From Rhina ancylostomus (Eukaryota), in the NCBI GenBank assembly GCA_030265395.1, contig JARFYF010000084.1, positions 87,988,290 through 88,052,289 on the forward strand: 64,000 nt of DNA, given 5' to 3'. The position numbers and the translations under genes were made by a program. Each line of letters starts with the position of its first letter. Position 1 is the stretch's first letter. This document shows positions 49,101 through 58,659 of this stretch, one piece after another. The notes beneath the pieces are model-generated. The model did no database searches and was not told the origin of the DNA. It saw only the letters and a list, made by a program, of their open reading frames with translations.

Positions 49101-51582
49101 CAGTTCACCATCACCCTCAATTATGCAGTCACAGAATTATATAGCACAGAAACAGGCCCTTCAGCCAACCACATCTATGCCGATCTATACTAATCCTNNN
49201 NNNNNNNTCTCTGCCTTGCTCATTCAAGTACCTCTCCAGATGTCTCTTCAATGTTACTGTTCCTGCCTCCTCCAGCAGCTCATTCCAGTACCAACTACAC
49301 TTTTTGTGAAAAATGTACCCCTCAGTTCCTCTTTAAACTTCCTCTCACCTTAAATCTGTGCCTTCTAGATTCTGGCACCCCTCCCATGAGAAACAGACAC
49401 TTGACTACCTACCCTATCTATGCCTCTCATAATTTTATATACCTCTATCATGTCACCTCTTAGCCTCCTTTCGCTTCACAGAAAACAGACCCTGCCTATT
49501 CAATATCTCCTTATATCTCAAGCCCTCCAATAATCTAGTCTTTCTCTAGTTATCTTTCTTTTTTAAACTACTCTCCACCGCCCTTAGAAGCAGAGAATTC
49601 CAGAGATTTACTGTCCTCTGTGAGAAGAAGTTTCTATATGTCTCCATTTTAACTGATTGCTCCCTAATCTTGTACCTCTATCCCCTCATTCGAGACTCAC
49701 CCACTAGTGAGAACACCTCCCTGGTTGTGGCCCCATAGTATTTTATACATTTTATTCCCCCACATCCTGTAACCTCACACTCACTTTTCCTTCACCCACA
49801 AATTAGTTGACCATGATGTGAGTAAAAGCATGCCTGGATTAGCAGCAGGCATCGCTAAACCTGAGGTGCTAACCTGGTGAAGCTACAACTTAGGATCCTG
49901 AGTATACTAAGCAGCATCATGTTTACAAAAGGTAAGCATTTCCACTCCCATAGATCAGGTCAAAGTTACTGCCACTTCCATACCTAAGCATTTCTTGTGG
50001 TGGATATTAAGCAACAAATAAGCAAATTAGGTGGCTCTACAAACCTCTCCAATCTCAATAATGATGAATTGTTACATATGGTTAAAAGATGAGGTTGATA
50101 GTTTGCAACTATCTTCTTCTGCTGGAAAAGTTATCCTGTTCAGCTATCTTCACTGCCCCCCACCCCATCACACACAATTATCTCAAGACAATTTGATTCA
50201 CTCAATATGACCTTGAGAGTGAGTGAGGCACTTGACGTGGTAATGATGGCTTTCAGACAATATCCTTGTTGTAGCTCTGAAGAAATGTGCTCTGGAATAA
50301 ATGGAGTTCATTACCATTCTGTACAAATNNNNNNNNNNNNNNNNNNNNNNNNNNNNNNNNNNNNNNNNNNNNNNNNNNNNNNNNNNNNNNNNNNNNNNNN
50401 NNNNNNNNNNNNNNNNNNNNNNNNNNNNGACAGTCACAGTTAGTGTTTCTCATCCATCAATAGAGAAAACAAGCAGGCTGGTGTCTCTCTCTCTTGTTCT
50501 TCTGTCTCTTTCTCCTCCCTCTCCTTCGGACTGACTCCAACTGGTTGTTCCAACAACGACGGCATGACATTCTTTATCTTCTGTTGACGTAAGCTGGCCA
50601 CGCACACACTCACACACACACTATCTAAAAGGGACACTCACTGATAGTCCCAGTCTGTAACACAAGGGAATCTAGAACTAGGGGTCACTGTTTATAAATA
50701 CAGGCGACCCCTGCATTAAGGCCATTTGGATTATGGAAACTCTCCCTAACAGATCATGTAATGGACCTCGTTTTATTGTTCTAATTGTGTGTTTTCTTGT
50801 AAAAATTGTGTATAATTTATGCTGATTTTATGTTTTTCTTGTGAATGCTGCTTATCTGATGCTCTGTGCCTGTGATGCTGCTGCAAGCAAGTTTTTCATT
50901 GCATCTGTGCACACATGGACTTGTGCGTATGACAATAAACTTGACTTTGACTTTGACACAAATCACCATCCAAAAAAATTGAGATACAGAATAAGATTCA
51001 CTCTTACAGAAATTATGCAGAAAAAAACCATACCTAGGTATCTCCTTTCTACAGAAAGCAATACTAAGCCAACCTGCCCAATTTCTGTCTCAGCAGCCTA
51101 CTCTCAGTCTTCAAGTTATTGGAACGAGCCTTCAACAGTGCTAACATGTGGCACTGACTCACCTCTAACTTGTTCCACTCACACGTTCCATAAAACTGAA
51201 GACTGCTTGCTCATCAGTCCAATTCTGTTGTTCAGCCAACTACAAATAGTGTCTGAGTATCACATTTCTCCCTGTGATACTCAGCTTACTTTTATTCCTA
51301 TTGCTTTATTTTGTTTTCCCATGCATTTTTCTCCTTTTACATGTGTGCTTTCTCATTGCTTTGCAAACATCACATGAAAGGTTTGCTCAGCATTGTATCT
51401 AGAAGTATAGAGGGATTTTTCAACCAAAAATTCTGAAAATGCAATGCCTTGAGTTAAGAATGTGACCTTAGTGCATCTGTATTTCTCTCTCTCTTATAGT
51501 AAGAAGAACATTAAAGAATGGCTTGACACCAGAAGAGGCCAAAGCACTTGGTTTGGTCAGCACTTCTGAGATGCAAGTGTGA
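6952..51582 (+). CDS. FHOD3: FH1/FH2 domain-containing protein 3 (formin), 5'-partial spliced CDS: join(6952..7110,11039..11221,11945..12064,20567..20728,27765..27955,32893..33085,37911..37934,42161..42341,43027..43188,51500..51582)
   Basis: All junctions are AG/GT with compatible phases (0,0,0,0,2,0,0,1,1). Total 1458 nt = 485 aa + TGA. The translation closely matches the vertebrate FHOD3 FH2-DAD C-terminus as I recall it, and the TDE microexon favours FHOD3 over FHOD1. Upstream exons lie outside the window. Confidence 0.95.
8330..8668 (-). mobile_element. HE1-like V-SINE with CR1-type tail
   Basis: Minus strand has tRNA-like head (tagcacagctaatagagctgctacctcacagc...ggttcaat), V-domain tgtggagtttgcacattctc and tail gctgaaggacctgcttcc. 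Confidence 0.8.
9920..10400 (-). mobile_element. Old DeuSINE-like SINE remnant
   Basis: gaagcacttttccaactgaagt...gtaggaagtgcagcagccaatttgca resembles the reverse complement of the Deu-family tail; similar to copies at 29.0, 35.5 and 35.8 kb. Confidence 0.5.
11039..11221 (+). CDS. FHOD3: FHOD3 coding exon (FH2)
   Basis: atttttag|AAAATC...GAGAAG|gtaac; [61 protein letters not shown]. Confidence 0.96.
11945..12064 (+). CDS. FHOD3: FHOD3 coding exon (FH2, GNFLN motif)
   Basis: ctacag|GAAGTT...TCAAAT|gtgagt; [40 protein letters not shown]. Confidence 0.96.
13340..13540 (+). mobile_element. LINE/SINE 3' end fragment (ggcaataaatgctggcc...gcccacatccc tail family)
   Basis: Tail ggcaatgaatgctggccaggctggtaatgcccacatccca; same family at ~7560, ~37540 and ~55200. 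Confidence 0.55.
13570..14050 (-). mobile_element. Old CR1 LINE 3' fragment
   Basis: Minus-strand ORF remnant [13 protein letters not shown]. Confidence 0.7.
15310..15435 (-). mobile_element. Penelope-derived short repeat with hammerhead-like motif
   Basis: Minus strand ggtt-ctgatga-aaggtctttgact-aaaa-tgtt-aact followed by ccacagaggctgcttgacttactgagtgtttccagcat. Confidence 0.65.
15824..18776 (+). mobile_element. CR1-clade LINE (ORF2 with RT, degenerate) interrupted by a nested insertion
   Basis: [44 protein letters not shown]; 3' tail gggccgaaaggcctgtcctgtgctgtactgttctatg; stops and frameshifts. Confidence 0.92.
17411..18054 (-). mobile_element. Younger 5'-truncated CR1 copy inserted antisense within the host CR1
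   Basis: ORF 17552..17983(-) [20 protein letters not shown]...; tail (TTTCTATG)2; flanked by TAATA at 17406-17410 and 18055-18059. Confidence 0.9.
20567..20728 (+). CDS. FHOD3: FHOD3 coding exon (FH2, EVKDT with the conserved Lys)
   Basis: ttcttgtag|GCCAAA...GCCAAG|gtatgt; [54 protein letters not shown]. Confidence 0.96.
21215..21410 (-). mobile_element. Retroposon 3' tail ending in (GACTTT)n; second copy at 50760-50957 (+)
   Basis: gatgctgctgcaag...ttttcattgca...tatgacaata..gactttgacttt shared by both copies. Confidence 0.7.
21815..24283 (+). mobile_element. CR1-clade LINE, APE endonuclease plus RT, degenerate
   Basis: [20 protein letters not shown] (endonuclease); [30 protein letters not shown] (RT); FWSPHYRKD. 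Confidence 0.93.
24915..25045 (-). mobile_element. Penelope-derived short repeat with degenerate hammerhead-like motif
   Basis: Minus strand ggtc-cagatga-agggtcttgacct-gaag-catc-aacc...ccacagatgctgcctga..ctgagttcctccagca. Confidence 0.65.
27349..27373. repeat. (TA)n microsatellite
   Basis: catatatatatatatatatatatatt. Confidence 0.9.
27765..27955 (+). CDS. FHOD3: FHOD3 coding exon (FH2)
   Basis: tttttctcag|GTTGAC...AACAG|gtaca; [63 protein letters not shown](R). Confidence 0.95.
29000..29360 (-). mobile_element. DeuSINE-like SINE remnant
   Basis: ctgttgtaatgttggaaacgtgcaggcaattagcacacagcaaggttccacaaacagcaatg matches the reverse complement of the Deu-domain region. Confidence 0.6.
30310..31028 (+). 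mobile_element. Old CR1 LINE 3' fragment
   Basis: [24 protein letters not shown] remnant; tail gctgaatggcctcctg. Confidence 0.8.
31775..31940 (+). mobile_element. DeuSINE-like tail
   Basis: gcttgctgcacataagttggctgctatgtttcctacatt...gaaacatttggagatattctgagg...tataaaaatgc. Confidence 0.6.
32893..33085 (+). CDS. FHOD3: FHOD3 coding exon (end of FH2)
   Basis: gtcttctag|ATTCCAT...ACAGAT|gtaagt; (R)[64 protein letters not shown]. Confidence 0.96.
35490..36225 (-). mobile_element. Two adjacent DeuSINE-like remnants
   Basis: caaagtgctttaaagtcaatgaa...agatcccacaaaaagcaacgagtaaatgaccagataatctg...cccctgctctt...catggaatcttttac. Confidence 0.6.
37911..37934 (+). CDS. FHOD3: FHOD3 24-nt alternative microexon TDEDDDGE (T(D/E)5XE, muscle-isoform CK2-site exon)
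   Basis: Long pyrimidine tract ...ttcccttcag|ACTGATGAAGATGATGATGGTGAG|gtatgg; phase 0/0, frame-preserving; lies between ...MITD and TGKFS..., the position of the mammalian TDEEEEVE exon. Confidence 0.9.
39770..40335 (-). mobile_element. CR1 LINE 3' fragment
   Basis: Minus-strand [25 protein letters not shown]; tail gggctgaagggcctgtttctgtgctgtataactctatga. Confidence 0.85.
42161..42341 (+). CDS. FHOD3: FHOD3 coding exon (post-FH2 linker)
   Basis: gttgtatag|ACAGGA...AGCCGAG|gtaaaa; [60 protein letters not shown](G). Confidence 0.93.
43027..43188 (+). CDS. FHOD3: FHOD3 coding exon (DAD core and basic region)
   Basis: ctcttcaag|GCCGT...AAATCTC|gtaagt; (G)[53 protein letters not shown](L). Confidence 0.93.
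43205..44085 (-). mobile_element. CR1 LINE 3' fragment beginning ~16 nt after the exon donor
   Basis: Minus-strand [16 protein letters not shown]...[11 protein letters not shown] and [10 protein letters not shown]. Confidence 0.85.
45240..45545 (-). mobile_element. Old CR1 LINE fragment
   Basis: Minus-strand [23 protein letters not shown]. Confidence 0.7.
47280..47940 (+). mobile_element. Penelope-like element 3' part: GIY-YIG remnant, pyrimidine-rich spacer and terminal repeat with hammerhead-like motif
   Basis: [45 protein letters not shown]; then cagtcctgaagaaggatcctgacccaaaatattgaccg at 47804-47841. Confidence 0.8.
48247..48370 (+). mobile_element. Second copy of the Penelope terminal repeat with hammerhead-like motif
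   Basis: Similar but not identical to 47787-47905; cagtc-ctgaaga-a-ggatcctgaccc-aaaa-tgtt-gactg at 48265-48302. Confidence 0.75.
48430..48785 (+). mobile_element. CR1 LINE 3' fragment
   Basis: aggttaagaggagac...tttacccagagggtggcaagtacctggaatgcactgcc...tctatgactct. Confidence 0.75.
49128..49530 (-). mobile_element. CR1 LINE 3' fragment
   Basis: atagcacagaaacaggcccttcagcc...ctatgcctctcataattttatatacctctatca is the reverse complement of the CR1 3' end. Confidence 0.75.
50760..50957 (+). mobile_element. Retroposon 3' tail ending in (GACTTT)n
   Basis: tgtgcctgtgatgctgctgcaagcaagtttttcattgca...gacaataaacttgactttgactttgac. Confidence 0.7.
51500..51582 (+). CDS. FHOD3: FHOD3 terminal coding exon
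   Basis: ctctcttatag|TAAGAAGA...GTGTGA; (L)[26 protein letters not shown]. Confidence 0.94.
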
Positions 51583-54500
51583 AGTGAGTTGACCATGAAC
51601 TGCGACAGATAACATCACTAGCACCTGAACAAGGCACAGCTAGAAACATTCAACTGACAACCATTTGCTGCTCATGGTATCCTGTCATCACCCAGCTCCA
51701 TTCATCATATGATGCATATGAGAAACACGAGCTAGAAAGAGATGGCACATTTGGCACTAAAGTTCTGACAGCTTTTAAAAAAATTAAATCAGGATTGTTC
51801 GGAAATATTTATACCTAGGTAAAAGTATTGCTTTTTTATCTAACTGAAGTGATTAGAAGACTTTAGTGGGTAAGCTGTTGTATGTGATATGTTTACATTG
51901 GCTTTACTTGTGACCTATTTGTGTAGGAGTGAAATGCACCATTTCAGTGTAAGAACCAGGCCTTAAGGAGACAGTGTGCTGATGTTGGCTGGCCACAAAT
52001 GTGACTGCTGTTTAACCTACATCCAAAAAAGGGAGTTAATACAACCTGACAAGAAATTGTTCAATTCTAGAAAGTATTATTTTTGTTGGCTTCTTTGGTA
52101 ATGGCGTTATTTTCTTTGGAGTATCATTGTGATTGTTAAATATTCAATGTTTCTAAGAATACCTTCTAACTATTATAGAATCCTGGGTATGCAGGGAGAG
52201 CAAGTTGCCATGCAGGCAACAGGCATCACTGTATTCATGCAGTTGATTTAATTATTAAAGGCTGAAAGGGATGGTGCTCGTAAAGGTGAAATTCCCCTTT
52301 TTAAATAATAAATACTGCAGTTGTTTCTAACATTAGGATTGCAGTAAAACTTTTTTGGCTAGTTTCAGTCAGAGAGGTAAGGTAATTATTTTTGCTGCAT
52401 GGGATGACAGAGTATGAGCACCTTGATGGCACTGAAATGCATTGGTGCCACAAGAGAACAGTTCATGGTGGGATATCTACATATGGGCTTAGTACATTAG
52501 CTGGTGATCAGAGCTGAGGCTAGATTTCATCTACTTCCTCTCCCTTCATGGGTGAAATATGGTCACTCACAAAATGTAGAAAATTCCAAGAGCGACTAGG
52601 TGTTTAGGGTTTTGCTGCATATAAAACAGTTCTCCCAGTCCGCAATGGGAAATGACGCTTGCGCTTCCTTGAATTTGGAATGGCATGGTAATTGTTGGTA
52701 TGGATACCCCAGCTCTCCATTCCGCTGGAACTTTGAAAATCACAATCAAATGAGGAAAGTAGTTGTAGGAAAAGAGACATGTCCAAAGGTTAATGACAGG
52801 TTAAATTCTGCAAAGGTATTACTCTTGTATAATAACCTACAGATTTTTGACTACTTCAGTAACAATGTGCACATGTATCCAAGAATGATAGAATGATCAT
52901 TCGACTAAAAACCAAACCATTAAGTTGAATCCTGATAATGAGTAAGCAGTCCTCAATTCCTTAGTACAACATGCATTACTGTAGCTTCAGTCAACTAGGT
53001 TAACACAAGAAATAGGTCCTTGAACTTGATAATTTGGCTTCTGTAGTTGTGTTGGGTTGATTCTATATAGAGGAAAGTAAGACCAGTATGAACTGAGTGA
53101 GATGTGGGAGATATTAATCTGCTTATTTGTGTGGCTTGCTTCAGGTTGGTTAAATGATTTACCCACATCTAAGGGGACACTCACTGTTACACTGGCATAA
53201 GGCAAGACCCTAAACATACTACGAGTATGAGTATGCTCACCTGCATAAAATTGCTCACAAGAGTATTATTTTAATACACTATGAAGATTCACGACCATGT
53301 CCAAACTCATGCTGAGATATTTTCAGTTACGTATTGAAAATATTTTGAGTTGTAACTGAATATGCTTTGAAGCTGCTTTTGAGGGAGTTAGATCAGTAAT
53401 CAGTTAGTTCAGAATGTTAGCCACCTGTAATCTTGATGCACTTGAACCCAAGCTTGATTAGAAGAGAGGTTTTGATTAGAACTCAACAAATAGCAATCAT
53501 AAAGAAATATTTATTGAAAGGTTGGCAAAAAGCTCTTACGAAAAGTCTCGGGAAAGAAGTGTAGTTCTGTTAATGTATGGAGAGTATAATAAATATCATC
53601 AAGGGNNNNNNNNNNNNNNNNNNNNNNNNNNNNNNNNNNNNNNNNNNNNNNNNNNNNNNNNNNNNNNNNNNNNNNNNNNNNNNNNNNNNNNNNNNNNNNN
53701 NNNNNNNNNNNNNNNNNNNNNNNNNNNNNNNNNNNNNNNNNNNNNNNNNNNNNNNNNNNNNNNNNNNNNNNNNNNNNNNNNNNNNNNNNNNNNNNNNNNN
53801 NNNNNNNNTTTGAACATGTTATAGTGTTGAGTGTAGAAACAATGAACAAATGCGAGGGTAGAGGTGGCTGGGCCAAGAGTTTTATTTTTTATATCTGTGC
53901 CATGAGCTGGTTCTGGCCATGACATTGTTCTACTAAGTCAATAAAGTTTTTTTTAAAGTTTTGTCCAGTATAGAAATCTTTAAATCTCCACATTGCATTC
54001 CTTATCTGTGGAGTTTGGTGCTGTGAAGCTGCCAGTTTAAAACCTAATTTCTCCTCCGCTCTGGAGGAAAGGCTACTTCTGACTCTGGCCAAGTGTTAAT
54101 AAAATCTATTCTTCTGTAATTCAGATAATTGAATTATTCATTTCTTTAACAAGAGTAACAGCTTTGTGCTATTGTGAGTAGATGTGTTGTTTGATGGAGC
54201 AACGGAATATGTTGGCACTAACGTGGCTTGGGGTCTTGTGGTGGGTGGGGGGGGGAGGAAATCATGAGATGTGAAGGACTTTAACCATAAAACTCCAGGG
54301 ATCGCAAGCAGCAAATTGTGTTAGCGATTGAGTCTCTAAACATAAATGAAGGAGCATGATGGCTAGTTTCTGTTTAATGTACTTCTTGCATTTGTTTATT
54401 TCAGAGAAGTATGTAACTCTTGTTTGAATTAAATTAATGACAAGTTTTCCTACACCTCACCCTCCAGAGCAACTTAAGTGATGTTGGAGAGAACACATGC

Positions 54501-55194
54501 CCTTAAGTCTCATCATTCAATTCAGTATGGCTTTGATGTTTAAGATGGCAGGAAACTAATTTGAAACCAGGAAAATCACTGTGACTGGATGCTATTGCCC
54601 TTTTTGCCATTAGTATGTTTGAAGCTCAGTTAGTATGCCATTAGTTGTTATTAGCTCCAAGGCTGGTATAAACTCATGATCACTGAAATGCTTAAATAAG
54701 TGTACAGCTGTTCCTGCTAATTGATTAATTATTAGCGAAGCTCAAGAGACAAGAGGCTGAACAAAATAACACATCTCCCTCACTTTACACAGATTATTTT
54801 AATACAAAGAAGAGACTAATTTGTGTGTGTGTATATGTTAGATTAAAGTAGGGGGTTCTATTTGAACAGGGTAATCAAAATTACATTTATCATCTCTAAT
54901 TTTAATTGATAAATTGTTGACCAAGCAGCAACAAGTTAATAAAAAGTTAACATTTGATGTAGAATATTCTGGAACTAAATTTATAAATGAAGCATGGGGC
55001 TAGTTGTGTCTTGATCTGTAGAAAATATGCCAGTTTAATGTTGTTATCATATGAAATCCAAAGAATTACCAGTTGCCTTGACCATAATACCAAACTTGAA
55101 CCTTTTTCTCTAGGTACTCACTTCAGCAGCCCCACACCTCATTTATTACTAGGTTTTAAACCAGCCAGAAATCAAAATTAGATTATTTTTATTC

Positions 55195-55640
55195 ATTTGT
55201 GGGGTTTTTTTGGATCCGAATTGGGGGGGAGGGGAGTTATTGCTAGCAAGGCCAGCACTTATTGCCCATCCCTTTGGTGGTAGTGAGCCATTATTTTGAA
55301 TGACTGCAATCCTTCTGGTGAAATAATTTCAATCCTATTGGGTGGGGTTCCAGGATTCACAGCCATGAAGGACTAGCAATGTATTTCCTAGTCTGAATGT
55401 TGTATGACTTGGAGGGAAACCTATCGGCAGTGGTATTCCCATGTGCCTGCAACCTATGTCTCTCTTGGTGCTAGAGATTATGTGCAAGGGAGGTGCTGTT
55501 GGAATAGCCTTAGCCAAGAAACTCCAGTGCATTTTGTAAATGGTACACACTGCATCAGTGGTAGAGAAAATTAATGTTTAGAATAGCAGATAGTAAAGTG
55601 GGATTTTTTTTCCTGGAATAGAGCTAAACTGCTTGGGTCG
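55195..55640 (-). mobile_element. LINE 3' fragment (CTIYKMH family), antisense
   Basis: Minus-strand VCTIYKMH...; tail gggatgggcaataagtgctggccttgctagc. Confidence 0.7.
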
Positions 55641-56239
55641 TGGGAACTGGACTCATCCAGGAAAGTTGAGCTTTCTAGTCACATTTCTTGGTGTGTGCTT
55701 TGCAAGTGTTGGAAAGCAATTGAGCTTTGGAAGTATAACAGTCTCTGCTGGATAACCAATCTGTGACTTACACGTGTAAGTCAGAGGTTTGAAGTAGTGG
55801 AACTGATCAATACTTATGTATTGCACCAGAAGATACCTACATATAGATAACACTGGAACATACAAGAGCACACAATAATAATACGTGATGCAAATCTATT
55901 GGAAACGCATCATATTCAATGATAAGTGAGATTAGAATCTGCAGCCATGTAGTAGATTCTTACAGCAACTATTTTAGACAGTTACCACAGAAAATAACTC
56001 AAAAAGTCAACAAGAGTCATTATGTATGAGATTTAACTGTTCTTTATCTGGCTCTTCATTGTTCCCTAAATATACGTTTCTCAGTTAAATATTTAGTTTA
56101 ACAACAATAGGTGCCAAGATGCATAGAGTAAAATGACAAAAGTACTTACAAGTAAGACTAGCAGACATTCATCCTTGGAGATATAAAACAAAACCTGGTA
56201 AGAAATTTTAATTTCCAAAAATAGAAAAAGCCTGAAACA

Positions 56240-56480
56240 GGGACTCAACCCAGCTTACCACTCCCAGCCCACTTGACTAGAACTCTTATCTGCCATTCCA
56301 CACAATAATTTTCTACAACACCGATGCACCATAGTTGCAGGGTGCACCATCTACAAAATGCATGTGTGGTTACTTGGCTAGGCTACTCTGACAACACCTC
56401 CCTAACACACAATCTCTACCACCAAGAAGAAGGGTTGAAGGCACTTCGCATTATCAGCATCTGTCTGTTTCCTTCCAAGC
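56240..56480 (+). mobile_element. LINE fragment of the same CTIYKMH family, sense
   Basis: tgcagggtgcaccatctacaaaatgca...acacctccctaac...ctaccaccaaga, homologous to the 55.4-kb copy. Confidence 0.7.
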
Positions 56481-58645
56481 CCAGTTTTAATGGAGGTGCG
56501 ACAAAGGTGGGAGCCAACAAATCCAAGGTGAATGGATATTTAAATATTTCAAGAGGTCCTATTTTTAACCATAGCCAGCTAGGTTGCTCTGGCCCTGGGG
56601 AAACTCAGCAGGTGAAAGGAAGGAGAGTGAAAGCCATAGCATAATTGCATTACAGAAGTTTACTGACAAAAGGATTACAGGTTTTACATCAAGCTTACCC
56701 ACTAATAAATCTGCTCTCATTTCTGCCCTCTCCCTCTTCAAATTCCAAGAAAGGCCTACCTACCATCAGAGCACAAACCTGCAGATGATCTATCTTGAAT
56801 CCCATCATGCAGCTGGCTTGCTGTCAGTCAGACTGGCTACAAGCAGTAACCATAGAGAGAAAAAAAATAAAAACTACTCGATGTTCAGGAAAATTGTACT
56901 TCCGAGATTCCCAACTTGGATAAAGCTAAACTCCTCCCCCTCTTCATAACTACTCAGCCTTAGAATTAAAATAGCTAAAGTAAGAAAAATTCTAATTTGG
57001 TCTAACAGAATACTCTTAATGCCATCAACATTTAGATCAGAAATATTCTGCATTTCTATTACAATAACTTTCACAAAATGTTACCCTTTAAACTTTACAT
57101 TTTTGTCTGAACAGTCCTGCGAACTTTGAAAAATTTGCTTTTCACTTGGTATTACTGACCTGTTTGCATTGTCATGTGCAAAAATAATTAATATTCAGAT
57201 TTATTTTTAAAGCAGTCATCAGTATTTAATATTTTAACATTAGTAAGTTGGTGTCACCTGACTAAAAAGCAGAAGTTGTTGAAAGTAATTGTAGCACTGC
57301 CAATACTTTGGCTTTCCAATTTGATTTTATTTTAAATGAATGCAAGATAATTCATCATGAAATTATACTTCTTCCATATTACTTGGTCTTGGCATAATGG
57401 TTGTTATCGTGTTGGTAAAACTTGTGTTCAAATAATCAAAGTCAATTTGTGCTTTCCAAAAGTCAGTATTAGGATTGGTTTTCTCAATGCTATAGTACAC
57501 AGCTGCTACCTGATAACACCTCAAATGTGGGTAAGCGCAGAAAGATTTCCCTTTAATAGATCAACCTAGTCTTGGCCTGCAACATAGCAACTGTCTCTTT
57601 AACTTGGAGTGCACAAGGTTACATTGGCAACACGAGCATTGGATTCTTCTAAGGTTACATACTCTGTAATGAAGCTTCCTGGTGTGTGTGGAAAAAGCTG
57701 AATTTATTTGCTTCCAAAAAAATTAGCGCATATTTTGAAAAAGAAACTCTCAAAATGTAATCCTTTTCAACCTGAGGCCAGGCTTCTTCACGAACTCTGT
57801 GCACTTTTACTGATATAGCGAAGCATTCGATCAGGCTCTATATAGTTTATCAGTCCTTCCAAAGGTTTGCTGGTACAAAGTCCACAACTTGTGGTACCCT
57901 GGCCTGAACATACTCAAACTTTTAAACGCTGAAGCTACCCCACAAATAGTCATCTCCACTTGTGGTTAAAGGAGAAAGAAAAAACTTACTCCAATTTTTG
58001 CTTAATTTGAAAATATCTTCAGAAATATTAACACCATTTTATATTGATAAGGGGGGAATTGTAAAGAAATTAACAGTTTTTAAACGAAGTCTTGTAAAGT
58101 AGAAAGGGCAAGTTTCTAAGAACAATAAAAATAAAGAAGGATAATGCTGTACAGTTGTGTAAATGTCACTCTTCATGATGTTTCTGTGTAGTATAGTGTA
58201 AGATAAATCAGACACACTGGTTGCAGTGTTATTCTGTGAATTGTAATTTAAAAAAAGCCATGCATGGTCATTTATTTACTTCATGAATTGCTCATAATAG
58301 ATAAGGGAGTTTGTTACATTGTTACATTTGTGTGTGAAATTGCATTTGTCTTGTGTTTTTACTTTAAGAACTTGAAACTACTGTTGTAGAACTCTTCACT
58401 CCACAGATAACATTTATTCAGCTTTAGGAAGCCTTGTTGCTACATTAATACTAGTGGGAAGGAGCATCAGTCCACCTGATCTTCCCTCTCCATCCATGCG
58501 CCTTTCTCCACTAATACTGCAATGTCCTCTGGTGCCATTCAAAGTAATGATATGAAACTGGCTACAAAAACCCATATTTTAACTCTTGCCATAACTCTGG
58601 CAATTCAACAGCTTGCAGCAACAGTACTGTGTACAAATATATTGC

Positions 58646-58659
58646 AATAAAGCTTTATT
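58646..58659. terminator. Polyadenylation signal, palindromic AATAAAGCTTTATT (AATAAA on both strands)
   Basis: AATAAA 58646-58651 and TTTATT 58654-58659; TGTA at 58630; downstream ttttatttgtgatg. Confidence 0.5.

Noticed and set aside
50841-51377. 178-aa ORF
   Set aside because: Starts in a retroposon tail and has no recognisable homology or coding character.
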